The position numbers and the translations under genes were made by a program. Under the pieces are notes generated by a model, which worked only from the letters and a program-made list of their open reading frames with translations, did not search any database and was not told the DNA's origin. Shown piece by piece: positions 9,262 to 21,723 of a stretch of 64,000 bases of DNA; within the stretch, counting starts at the first letter, position 1, and each line of letters opens with the position of its first letter. Origin of the DNA: Saprolegnia diclina VS20 (lineage: Eukaryota); NCBI RefSeq assembly GCF_000281045.1, contig NW_008246076.1, forward strand, positions 373,171 to 437,170, in the 5' to 3' direction.

Positions 9262-10416
9262 CTCGCATACCTTTGCAATAAGATGCAATAAGATGCAATA
9301 CAATATGGCGTGGTAACACTGAGGCACGGGGTGGATTACTGTTTCATGGGCTGTAGACAAGAGCACCCACGACCAACAACGGCAGATGCTTCGTTGGCCA
9401 GCAGACGAGGCGATATGGGTGGTGGTTTGCAGTTGAATGCGTCGGGTCGGTGGCGCTAGGTGTTTGGATGAGTGACCGAGCTGTCGAGGCGCCAACGAGT
9501 CGCATCGAGAGGGCCTGTGGTGATGGCCATGCGAGGTGGCGGTACTATAGCACAGACAAGGTGGAGGGAGTCAGGAGGTCGTTGAGCGCACCCAGAACGA
9601 GTGGTGCCTGGTTTGGCGTCCATCCGACTGCCTTTCTAGAGAGAGCAAAGGACAAGATTCTCGAACGTTGCGAGGACGGTGACGTCGTCGGCGCGGATGT
9701 CGCTTCGTGCTCATGCTCACTGGCAAGATGGCGCGAGATCGGAATGAAGGCCGCGTGCATCCAGAAGAAACGAAACCGATGCCCGAGAGCTATGCCCGAG
9801 AAGTAGCTCCACAAAGTCGTCTGATAACGCGAGGGCGCGTGAGACGAAACCGAAACGCCGATACTATCTCTGCGCCCAGATCGGCGCCAAAAGTGTCGTG
9901 CCCCATTCAGCGTGTATGTGGGCACGACTGCGACATCCATTCTACGTCTCGTAGACCACGATGCATCGGCTGCGCGACAGACGCCGCCATGATCATCCAC
10001 GCCTACGCCAGCGCGCGATATTGTAATCAAGCTCGCTCGCTTCCTCGACATCTCATCCGGTAGCTACTCGTTCCTACAAACGAACGCGAGTCATTGGCCG
10101 CTGCGGATTGCGCCACGGCTACTCGAGTCCTACCCTACCCTACACGGTGATAGCTTGAGCAAATACGCGTTGATAGCCTCTCTCCTGCACCCGAAGCAAA
10201 GACGCGAGCATGGGTGGCGTCAACATGATGCGAGGAGTTCCATGCGCCATATTCGCTCAAACAGTCGCAGTATGTTGATGCAACACCGGACCCGACCAGA
10301 CGCAAGGCCCCGAAAAAAATACACGGTGCACCACCAGCTGGTTTCGCGAAATTGCCCTTTCTGTTTCAAATTGCCCTTTGTCGCGGGGTCACTTTGCATT
10401 TCGACGACACTTCCGA

Positions 10417-11755
10417 ATGGAGTGCCATGTCGAGGGCAGCGAGGCGCTGCGTATCCAAGCCGAGATGCAGGCAACGGCGTTGGACTACATGGCGCGGCAG
10501 TGCCCGCCCATCTCACGCGACACGCAAGCCATCGACGACGGGTTCAAGCTCGCCACCACCAAGGTCGGCCGCGTCTACACGCGGCGCGCCGACAACTCGT
10601 CTTTCAACGAGCTCCTCGTGCTCAACACGCTACCCATGAGCTTGGACGAGGTCGGCGAGCTCCAGCACTCGTCGACCAACGACGCCTTCCGCGTCGAAAT
10701 GGCCTTGTACTATGGCGACGACTTTTTGGACGCGGCCATCTTGCACTCGTCCGTGACCGCTTCGACCCGCGACCCGTTCCAGTGGTTTGGCGTCAAGTAC
10801 AAGAAACTCAACATCCCGGGCAGTGGTTTTACCGACTGCCGCGACATTGTTTACTTTGAGGTACAACAACATTGTCATCTACCGCAACGTGTCCCATGTG
10901 CATCGATAGTATATGGCAACCGCGATCGACGCGGCCGGCCACCGGACGTTGCTCATCGTGCGCGACTCGAGCTACCTCGAGGGGTACCCCGTGCAACCCC
11001 ACGTCGTGCGCATGTACATCAAGGCGATCTTTGTCTACACGGAAATGCCGTCGGGCGAGGTCGCGTCCATGCACCTTGCGTTTATGAACCCCGGCGGCGT
11101 CGTCCCCGCCTTCCTCTTCAACAAGCTCTTGATCAAGTACGGCGGCCTTTGCAGCAAGTTTCCTCGCTTCCTCCAGCAAAAGCGGCTCTTGCTGCGCGTG
11201 GCGGCCGACGGACCGGCCAAGCGGCACCAAGACCACGGCCGTTGTGTGGCCTGCAACACGAAGATCTCGGGCTTGAAGGCCCGGTACAACTGCCGCGCGT
11301 GCGGAGACGTCATGTGCGCGCACTGCATCGTGCAAGTGCCACGACCGCTCGTGACCAAGCTCGCGCCTTTTGTGTCGAAAGACGACTATTGCAAGCGGTG
11401 CTTTGTCGGCAGCAGTCGGCAGCCGAGCTATGTCGTTGTGCAGTCGCCGAGCCAGAAGGCGGCGCATTTGGCGCAGCAGCTTGCGCACTCGGAGCGGCCG
11501 CGCCGGTCCAAAGCGCACGCGTTGGCGAGCGACAGCAGCACTCGCGTGGCATCCGGACTGCACCATACGTCGCCGGGGTTGAGTCGACGGGAAGCAGTAA
11601 CTACCTCGACCAACGGCGAGACGACAGTGACCACAGTCACCAAGACGCTCGACGACCCGTTCTTTGAGCGCATGCAGTCGTCGATCGAGACGCAAAAGCA
11701 AATCGTCCTCGACATGCGCGAGCGCCTCGCGCGTCAACAGCAACACCAACCCTAA
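10417..11755 (+). CDS. START-like + FYVE-type zinc-finger protein (oomycete-type); intron 10861-10909
   Basis: START-like RDPFQWFGVKY...RDIVYFE|YMAT and NPGGVVP; zinc finger CVAC...NCRACGDVMCAHC...YCKRC. The start codon is uncertain. Confidence 0.75.
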
Positions 11756-12635
11756 TCGTGATTCTTTATAACTTAAATCGGAGCTATTTGTTTTGTATAC
11801 CAGGATACGTTCCATCGTGCAGCCATCATCAACCGCGCACGAACGATCACGAGACGCGAAATCGCAAACGCACGCCAAGATGGTGTGGATACAAGTGCTA
11901 CTTTGGATACTACTGTTTGCAGTAGAGAGACGAGCTGCCCCGTCCACGTACGTGGGCTTTTTTCAAGGCAGCCGAAACGTGGGACGACGGAAGAGGCGCA
12001 CCAGCCTCGGTCAAGAGTCCGAGCAGCCTGCTCTTCTCCGGCTCCTCGCGGGTGGCTGCGTCAGCACCTTGTCCGGCAAATCGCGCTCCTGCCTCCGCCT
12101 GCCAAGGTCAAGCGACGACTACCTTTGAATATATACCTGCGTGCCGACGCGGGTTGCTCACCGTCCTCGGTACATGTATCATGGAGCTCGTACTGGGTAC
12201 ATGCGAAGACGTGCGAGCAAGCGACGTCAGAAACCAAGGTGTGGGTTGGATAATGATGTTGGCTGATTCCGGCGGACAGCTGCACGAACCTTCGAATCGA
12301 ATGTTGTCAATCGCTATCTCAGCTATCTCAACCCTTGTCGAAAATTCATGATTCGAATTACTCAGTACCTTGTTGTCGCTCACAAAATACTGCCACTTTT
12401 GCCAAAGCCTTCCTGACGGACTCTCGAGGAAACGAGCATTCCGTGATCAAGTGGCGTCAACAACTCGTTGTCAATCGACAAGACAGTCCGCACGGCAGCA
12501 CCCACCGCTCCCACAACCCTAGGTCCCATGCTGTTCGCTAAGAACGACAACTAACTAGTACACTCAAGCGAAAACATTCAACTAAATTCATACCTACCTA
12601 CATTGAGAGACAACAGGACGACGAAACACAACACA

Positions 12636-13866
12636 CTACACCGAGCTTGACGACCGACGGCGGTGCTCCCGCAGAAACGCCCGGAATTCATCCAAGTCGG
12701 CTTCATGGCTGCGGTGCACGTACTCGCGCACGCAGTGGCGGTACACGTCGTCGCGCAAGACCGGGTCCGAGATGCCAATGAGCTCGTTCCGGAACGTCGA
12801 TGATGTCTCGATGGGCAAGAAGCCGCTGCTATTGCGCATGCCCGTGGCGACCGTCCCAAGCTTGATGACGGTTTGCGTTGGACTCACGCGCTCGGCGACG
12901 ACCCTAGTGCGGATATCAGAAAACACGCAACTTGAACCTGTGTACCATTGGAGCCAGTCGCGTCGAACGTCTTGGTTGGGGTATTTCTCATCTTCCGAGA
13001 CCGTCTGGACGACCATGGTCACGCGGTTCTCTTCGACAAACTCGCGCATGAGCGTGTTCTCATAGTAATGGGCTTGGCCGCTGCAGTACGGGACCTGGTA
13101 GCGCCGATAGACCATATCGTGGTCGGTCTCGTCCAGTGTCTAAACACACGCCATTTTGACTTGGTGTTTGCGTCAGAAAACGTACCAGGTCGTAGCCGGG
13201 CATGTGCAGCACGGACGACAGCAGGTACGCGCGCATCTCGTGCAGGGTGACGTCCTCGACGCGCTGGTGGTAGCTCGTCAAGAGGTACGTGTCGTCGATA
13301 GGCGCAATGTCGACCGAGAAGTACGGCTCGAGCGAGACCGGCAGCTTGCTCTCGTCAAGGAAGCGGGGCATGTTGAAATAGAGCTGCCGCGTGATCCAGT
13401 CGAAACCCAAGTGGCGGGACGCATCGCGCATGGGCAGCGACGTCTGGCGACACGCAATCGCGAGCGACGGTGGCGCGCGCTACACATGCCTGAGGCCATG
13501 TATCACGAAGAAGAGTCGTACGCTAATGGCCGTCATGTCGTAGACCCATTTCGAGAGGTGGGCCGCGAGCCGCTCGTAGTGGCGGATGTTCTGCTTGAGG
13601 CTCACGTTGGCGTCAATGGCGAGCATCGACTCGCGGCTAAGTGCGATCGCCACGTCCTTCCATGGCAAAAGGCCCTTCCGAAGGTACTGGAGCTTCTCGG
13701 ACTGGCCCTCGAGGTCGGTCACGAGCGCTTGGAGCCGGCTGAGCTCGGCGCGCTTCTTCATCTGCTGGCGCCGGTCGTACATGCGCTTCTTGGCCTTCTT
13801 GTGCAGGAGCGCTGCATCCTCCGCGTCCATGGTGCTGCTGGAGGGCGTCCCGACCTCGTTGGCCAT
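12636..13866 (-). CDS. Multi-exon hypothetical protein with an N-terminal basic/coiled-coil (bZIP-like) region and a START-like C-terminal region
   Basis: KKAKKRMYDRRQQMKKRAEL followed by heptads, then LLPWKDVAIAL, LGFDWITRQLYFN and QTVSEDEKYP, in ORF segments separated by short introns. Confidence 0.6.
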
Positions 13867-15514
13867 CGTCGTCTTCCGATCAAAAATGGCAGAAAATGGC
13901 CTCGAAGTAAACGAATCGAAGTTTTTTTTACATACAAGCGACAAGTGATCATATTTTGTGACAAAAAGAGGGTCCTCACAGCAGCACCGTCCCAGCGCAA
14001 GCAGCGAAATGCGAGCATCAACAAACCAGCCGAGCGTGGATGCCAACCAACAGAGGCGTACTACACTACTACGTACGTACGAGTCTAGTCCATAGGTAAT
14101 CTTCTCTTATTTTCTTTTGTACATCTGGAGAGCTCACCTTGCGATGTACATGCACCGACGACGAAGCCAAGCACGACAAGCACCCTGGGAACCAGCAGAA
14201 AGGTGATACAAGTACCTTACGAAGAAATACCTCTGAACGTTGGCTTGGTGATAGGCCTCGATGGGGGCGTCCACGTCGTTACGTTGGATTGAGACGGGTC
14301 TTCTTATCGCCAACGTACAGATTTGCCCAATGAGCAGAGCGCTGCGACGCTGTTCGCCACTACATCGCCGTCCGAGCGGCGTTTATGTGAACGTGCACAA
14401 AGGACGGGAGAAAGAAGGGCTGATGATCGTTGCTGACGCATTCGAACTTTCACACTTCGAACGCTTCCATCGTTCGTTTGTCAAATTCTTGATCGAAGCT
14501 TCTTCTCAGTACGTTGCTTGCAAAATCGAGTTGATCGCAAACCGAGTGCTCGCAGGAACAAGACGAGCGACGGGGTTTCTGAACGTGGCTGAGTGTACAA
14601 GGATGTAGACTCGCAGATGACGCGACACGCGTCAATACGACATGGCTTCGTGTGAAGTCGAATCAGCTTGTTCGGCGGCGGTAAGACTCCAAGTCGTTGG
14701 AAGCAGCTGCGGCGAATCCGACACAAGCTTTTCACTCCTTATTCGTTGAAAATGACCTAGTTCGCAACCACAGCATCGTCCTTAGAACAGCGTTGCATCC
14801 GCAACATCACGTAGCTCTGGGACGCGTGGAAACGTGCTGCACTCCCGTCCTGCACCTCTATTTGTCGAACTCGTCCCACGGCCAAGCCCGGTTTGCTACC
14901 GTTTTGATAAGAGCAATCGATCCAGCAAGGCCCAAACCAAGCAATGCTGCGCTCGCGTTTGCGCTACGACGTCAACCGATATACTGATACATTGAAACTA
15001 AATGCCGTATCAGTTTTCACCAACTTGAACGCCGCATAGCACACGCTGTAGGCAGCCTACGAGCACGATTCTTTGGTGTTTGGGCTTCCTGGAACATTCT
15101 CTGGGCACAGAGAACAAAGCTAGAGACTTTGTTTCAAAGTCCAAATGTGGTCGACGACTTGCCGAGCGGCAGCCATGCAAAACAAATCCGGATAATCATG
15201 TCCGGATAAAAACGACACCCACGCTTTTCGGGTGAGACCCACTTGGACGACACTTGGTACGTCAACATCGAAGGCAAAGTTCGCTTCCATGGCTCAGCGC
15301 ACAGGCCACATCGTACACGAGCCTACCTGCAACGACCCTTAATGAATCAAGCTCGACAATCTCAAACGCAATCGGAGAGTAGGGTTACCCAACCCAGCCC
15401 AAATATTAGGTCTACAAGTACCGCATGCTTGCAAAATTCGCACATTCGCAAACCCAGCGCATACCGACCGAACACAGCTGCATTATAACGCATATACAGT
15501 GCCGAAACGAGAGA

Positions 15515-18500
15515 TTAGGGGTGCTTGGCAAAGCGCACGCGTTTGGCGAGAATGTCGAGCTTTTCGCTCAGCGTTGGAAGTTCGTCGCCGCAGTCGTCGC
15601 AGACACTCGCTTCCAGTGCGTTGACATGCCCGCACATGGCACACGCCAGGTCGCTTTTGATCTTGCCGTTGTGATGTTGCTGGTCCAAGCGGCTCGCGGC
15701 GAGACGCAGCTTTTCTTCCAAGCTGCGCAGTGGCTGGTCGCAGCCGCTGCAAATTGTATCGCTGAGTTGGTTCCGAGTGCGGCAGCGATTGCACGTCACC
15801 GACAGCGTCAAGTCCAACGACTCGTCCATTGACGCCTGAAAGCGTACCCAGGTCGTCTCTGGCGACGTCGGATCGACAGGACCCACGGTGTCTCCGTCGA
15901 ACGGATCAGGTGACGACAAGTGCGGACGCAGAATGTCCAGGATCGCTGCAGCTGTCGGGCGACGCGACGGGTCATGGTCCAAGCATATGGCCACAAGATT
16001 CGTGAGCCACTTGGGACACGGCGAGGCGAGGTGCGGGCGCAGACTGCCGGCGCAGACACGGTCGCGGACGTCCCAGGCCTTGAGCTTCTGGTTGGCATAC
16101 GGCTCTTGCAGCGTCTGGAGCGCTGTCAAGAGAACACCGAACGAGTAAATGTCGGCAGGAAAGCCATAGTTGCCACTCGGTGCGAGCACCTCGGGGGCCA
16201 TGTACGAGATCGACCCGCGCTCCGGCGTCATGTAGGCTTCGGAGACAGCTCTGGAGATGCCGAGGTCGCCGACCTTGATGTAGTTTTTGGTGCAGAGAAG
16301 AATGTTCTGGGTCTTGATATCGCGGTGCATGACCCCGCGCTCGTGCAGATCACACAGCGCAAGGGCGATGACCCAAGCGACCTCGATGCGCGAGAAGGCC
16401 ACGGCGGGCTTGAGCCCACGTCGCAGTGTCTGGAGGTGCGCTGCGAGATCGCCGGCATCCATGAGCTCAAAGATGAGCTTGGGTTCGTCCGAGTATGGCT
16501 TGACGACGGCGAGAAGCGGCACGAGGTACGGCGACGCATGCCTAGACAATGGGAGTGTGATCGCATGATAGTTCCACTAAGGTGCTACGCAGCCAAGAGT
16601 GAAATTTCGTTGCGAAGTGACTCGGCGCCGTCACGTCGCGCCGACTTGATCGCAACGTCGTGGCCAAAATACGCGGCTTGGAACACTGCACCGTAGCCGC
16701 CGGCACCGATCGGCGGGCGCGGCGGTGTCTTGAGCTCCTCGATATTGGCCTACGCCGTTCGATGTGAGAATGAAGTAAGCACCAAGGCCGCGTACGAGAT
16801 GCACTTGGCCGTAGAGCTGGCTATAGAGAGCGATGGCAAGTTGACGGTCGCCGCTTTGAACTGCCGCCAGTACTTCCTGGCGCATTGTCTACGCATCCGA
16901 GCGAAAGAGGAGTCAGTGGCATGTACACAGCAAACATGCGATACCTTGCTCGGGGCCGACCACGTCGCCGGTGCGGGCGGAAGGGACGGTGTCGCGGAGG
17001 GCGTCGAAGAAAGGGGACAACATTGTGGCGCCGACGCTGTGTGAGGCATCACGACGACGCTGTCCGAGACCACCGGGTGGTTTGCCTCCTTTTCAGCTTG
17101 CTTCTCCATGTGATCCGGCTCGGGGCTGTGGGGCCGAAACGGTTGCGGCGCAAGTCCGTGGAGTAGGTGGACGACCGCTTCGGCGGTCGGACGATCTTTC
17201 GGGTGGTGCGCGACGCAGGCTTGAACGAGCGACCGGAGCCAAAACGCGCATGAGAGTGGCAGCGTCGGGCGCAACGTGCCAGCGCAGACACCGTCTCGGA
17301 TCTGACGTGGCGTCAAATCGCGGTACAGTACATCCCCGACCACGAGTTCGCACAGCAAGATGCCGAGCGCATAGATATCCGAGGCAGAGCTATAGTCGCC
17401 GGACGCCAGCACTTCGGGCGCTGCCCACGCCAGCGAGCCGTCGATGGAGCATGTCGACTCGGTGGTCGTGGACGAGGCCGCGCCGAGGTCGCTGAGCTTC
17501 ATGTAGCTCACCGAGCTCAAGAGAAGGTTCTCGGCCTTGACGTCGCGGTGGACGTAGCCAAGCGCGTGCAGATCTGATAGCGCGTTGGCGACGACCCATG
17601 CCGCGCCAGCGACAGAGATCGTCATGGGACGCTCGTCCTTGTCCTTGGCCAGAAAAGCGTGCAAGTCACCGAGGTCCATGAGCTCGAGAAGCATCTTGGG
17701 CTCGTCCGACTCGAGGTCTGCAACGCCAACGAGCGATACGATGTACGGCGAGTGACACCTAACCGCACAGAAGTTTCAGTTTCATCGTCCAGGAGCGATA
17801 TAAAACTAGTACGTTTGGAGGACGTGGACTTCGTTGCGCAAGGCGGCCGCACCATTGCGAGTGGCCATCTTGACAGCAACGTCCTTGTTCTTGTAGACAC
17901 CGGCGTAGACCGCACCGTACGCACCGACGCCCAAAAGGCCATCGCTTGCAAAGGCAATGTCGCTGGCGTCGACGTCCAGCGGCTTACAACCAGGTTTTGA
18001 AATCGATTTTGAGGCGAGGAATACACTGTACCGCATCATCGTTGTTCGTGCTTGGAGCCACGGCGTTGTGCAAGACTGCCGTCGTCTTGCGGTAGCGGAG
18101 CTGGACAGCCAATGCAAACGGCGTCTCGGGTTCCCACTACACAAAAGACACCGTGTGCATACAAAAAGCACAGCGACTTTAGACTGGCAAACGATGCATC
18201 GGGTTGGCGCCAGCGTCCAGCAACATGTGAACAATGTCGACTTGACCACGGCGCACGGCTTCATGCAGCGCCTTGCTCGCATCGGCACCGGCCTCCAACA
18301 AGGCGTGCGCGACGAGGGGGTAGTCCCCAAGGACCGCTGCGAACAGCGGTCCATCGTTCTCCTACGTTCCAAGAGGATTTTGTTATGGGTACACATGTGT
18401 ACAACTTGTCTATACACTGTGGACATTGGCCCCCGCATCAAGGAGGAGCTGGACGATCTCTGCATGGCCAAGCTCGGCGGCAAGCAATAGCGCGCTCTTG

Positions 18501-18716
18501 TTGTGCTAGGATGAGACCGATAACGTCACTTCAAGTAGACAGGTGAGCATAGAAGAAGCAAAATACCAGCGATGTCCCTTGGAGGGTGGCGCCCCGCAGT
18601 AAGAGCGCGCGCACACGGTGTACGTCCCCGATGCTGGCCGCCGTCACGAGGTCCTACGATGAGGTAGCTCTGAGGATGATGCATGCCCTATCGGCAGCTC
18701 GGTGTACAAGGTCCAT
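15515..18716 (-). CDS. Ankyrin-repeat protein with two tandem TKL-like kinase domains and two C-terminal zinc ribbons (multi-exon)
   Basis: Ankyrin-like LVTAASIGDVHRVRALLLRGA. Kinase 1 has GVGAYGAV, VAVK, HRDVKAEN, DLG and APE. Kinase 2 has GAGGYGAV, VAIK, HRDIKTQN, DLG and APE. Zinc ribbons are CNRC..CSGC and CAMC..CDDC. Short GT-AG introns can join the segments. Confidence 0.78.
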
Positions 18717-18828
18717 GATCTCCTCGTAGACAAAATGCGACTTTGAAGGCTGGTGGCAGCAGTCAAGGTCCGTCGTTGGGATGTGGCGCGGGTTGTCGTC
18801 CTGTGAGTGGCTTCAATTTGGATATTTA

Positions 18829-18893
18829 GCCAATCAAAAGCATCCATTACTCGAAAAACCAGCCAATCCAGAGTCTTGATTTTCAACCAATCC
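18829..18893. promoter_or_regulatory. Three CCAAT boxes in a ~210-bp bidirectional promoter
   Basis: GCCAATCA, GCCAATCC and ACCAATCC lie between the divergent starts at 18716 (-) and 18929 (+). Confidence 0.6.
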
Positions 18894-18928
18894 GAGGCGT
18901 CAGAAGCAAATCCAAGATTTCGAAGCTC

Positions 18929-21664
18929 ATGGCATCCGCAGCACCCAAGGCCCCGTCGATGAACCTCGACGACCTCGACGACGACGACGATAACGATGGC
19001 CACAGCAGCAGCGCCAGTGAGAAGGTCCGCCGACTGGCCTCGCAGCTCGGGCTGCGGCGCAACGCGACGTCGAGCTCGACCAGCGACGGCCACCGCAGCG
19101 ACGACAGCAGCTCGCTCTCGCTGCCGCACTCGTTCGACAACACGCCCATGTCGACGCCTGCCGCGTCGCCCGCGCCGCCTCGGAACGTCGCCCAGTCGTT
19201 TGACCTAGCACTGCGCACGGCGCTACCTACGAAACTACCGCCACGGTCCGGTGTGCCCCACCGCACGGACGAGACCATGCGTCGGTTCTACGAGATCCAA
19301 GTCGACAAGGTCCGCGGCCAGCTCGCAATCGCGCTCGAAGAGAAGAAGCAGGCACAGGCCGCGCTGAGCACCGAGCGACGGTCCTTCCAAGAGTCGATAG
19401 CGTCGCTCCAAGTACGATGCACTCATGATCCATCTCTCGATTTCTCATGTGATTAGGTGCGGTATCGCAACGAAGCGAGCCAGCTCCAGACCGAAAAGAC
19501 GGCTCTGGAGACACAGCTTCGCATCTTCGAGCACCGACTCAAGGCTGAGAAAGCGCAGTTTTTCGATCTGCGCATTCCCGAGCCACTGGCAAAGCAGGTG
19601 CTTTGGACATCATCATCGGCGCTGCGATCTCAGACAGATTGTCTGTAGCTCCAGCGCCAGAGTCATGACGCTCTCACGCTCGTCGAGTTCGTTCAAATGA
19701 AAGCATTCGAGCTCGTAGAGCCCGAGAAGGCGGCCACCGAGGCTGCGAATCGCCAAGTCGCGTCGCTGACGCAGGCCAACGCGACCCTCGAAGCCAAGGC
19801 GAGTGAATACCAGACCGACCAGCGAAAATGGCAGCGCAAGTGCGACGTCACACAGCACGAACTTGAGCTGTCCGAGACGACGCGGGCTGAGCTTGAGCGG
19901 CAAGTCAAGCAGCTCCACGCCAACGTCCAGGAGCTCAACGCGCTGCGCGCGACAGCGACGCCTGCGCCAATCGTGCCCGATGCTGTTGCGTCCCAGCTTC
20001 GCGAGCTCGAGGCGCAGCTCGCGCTTGCCGTACAGGCGCGCGACGCGAGCAAGGTCCGTGTTTCGAAAATGGACAATCTGTCTTCAATCGGAGCGTGTAG
20101 ATGGAAAGAGAGCAGATGGAGCAAAAGCTGTCGCTTGTGCTCGTGGACAAGGACTACCTCGCCAAAGACAATGCGCGCCACGAGGTCAAGATTGCGCAGC
20201 TCCGGGACGAGCTGCAAAGCGCGCAGGCCAGCGTGCGCCGCCTCGAGCTCTCGAAAGAGACGTTTCTACAGCAAGTCAACGACGCCCGGGAAGAAAGCAA
20301 GACCTTGTTCGAGGTACACCGACTTGATACATTGATATATATATATTTGACGAGCTAGCACCGCATGCACGTGGAATTGACCAAGCTCCAAGACGTGGCC
20401 AAGAAAGAAATGGACGCTTTGCGGGACAGTGGCAAGACGCTCTTTGAGCGCGAGAACCGCATGCTGCGCGACGCCCGCCAGGACGCCCAGCAGCAGCTGG
20501 AACATGCAAACAAGCGCTTTGCCGACCTCCAGCGCGCGTACGAAGACAAGGTGCTCGAACTCACGCGCCTCGACGCGCAGTTTACGACCAGCGTCGCCCA
20601 AGTGCGCAACGAACTCAAGATCAAGCATTTCGAGGTGCGCGCGGTTCCGATTCCGATTTGACGTACAGGGTGATGTAGCTGACGCAATTGAGCCGCAACT
20701 ACGAAGAGAAATCGCAGCACCTCCAGCTCGCGCACTTGGAAATCGACATGCTCAAGCAAAAGGTACGGTTCGACAAAGGCGAGAGGGCTCAGAGTCCGTC
20801 GAGGTGGACGTCCACAAGGCGGAATTTCAAAAGCTCGAGACGCAGTCGGCCAATGAGCTGGCGCAACTGCGACTCGACGTGGCAAGCTACGTACGTACAA
20901 TCTCCTAGTATCAAGGTATCAAGTTTATGGAAGCAGCGCGACAAGCTCCACGCGTACGAAACGTTGGAGGTCGACATGGACCACGCGATTCTCCAAGCCG
21001 GTGCGCTTCCCGAACCCACGGATGATGCGACTGCGTCGACGTTTGCGATGATCCCGACAGCCCCCAAACGCCGGGTTGGTTTTCAGTTTCAATGTATCAA
21101 GCTGTAGATTCGGAATAGTTTCAACAAAGCGTGCAGCTGGCTCAGAAAGTCGTCCAGTGCGAACAGACAATCCAGCGCATGAAGAGCGAGTACGCCTCAC
21201 TGCACAGCGCGCGCGACCAGCTTGTCCGCGAGCTCGAATCTGCGCAGCGGCAGCTGGCCCACATGCACCAGCCACAGGAATACCTCGTACACCATCCTTT
21301 CAATCCCGCAGGATAGTCGATTGTCTAGTAGATCGAAAAGCTCAAAGGCCTTCAAGACGAGGTCCTGGCGCGGCAAACTCAGGTCGCGCAGTTGCAAGCG
21401 GCGCTGCAGCAACAACAAGCCGACGCCAACGACCTCCTCCACGCCAAGCTCTCACTGCAGTCGCAGCTGCAGCAACTGCTCAGCCGCCGTCACGAGCTCG
21501 ACACCTTAAAGGACATGGTCCTCCACACCCAGCACAAGCTCGCACGTGCAGCCGCCCCCGTTGATGCAACGTCCCCGCCCAAGACAACGACCGAGCCAAC
21601 GACCGCTACGATGGCGCCAAAGTGGTATCAGAAGCTGCGCAGTGCACCGGCGGCGTCACCGTAA
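18929..21664 (+). CDS. PIBF1: PIBF1/CEP90-like centrosomal coiled-coil protein (multi-exon)
   Basis: Coiled coil with LTLVEFVQMKAFELV, LFERENRMLRDAR, KLHAYETLEVDMD, IPTAPKRR, VQLAQKVVQ and QPQEYL, paralleling PIBF1 conserved blocks in order. Confidence 0.75.
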
Positions 21665-21723
21665 GACGTACTAGTTGATAACAGACAAATATGTACACAA
21701 CTGTCGCATTCATAATCGTAGGA

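Noticed and set aside
9262..10400. Intergenic ORFs (e.g. 9545-10051) and the CCTAC repeat near 10130
   Set aside because: No recognisable domain, coding bias or clear element termini.
14050..15500. 1.4-kb intergenic stretch with short ORFs
   Set aside because: Could be a decayed gene or transposon, but nothing supportable was seen.
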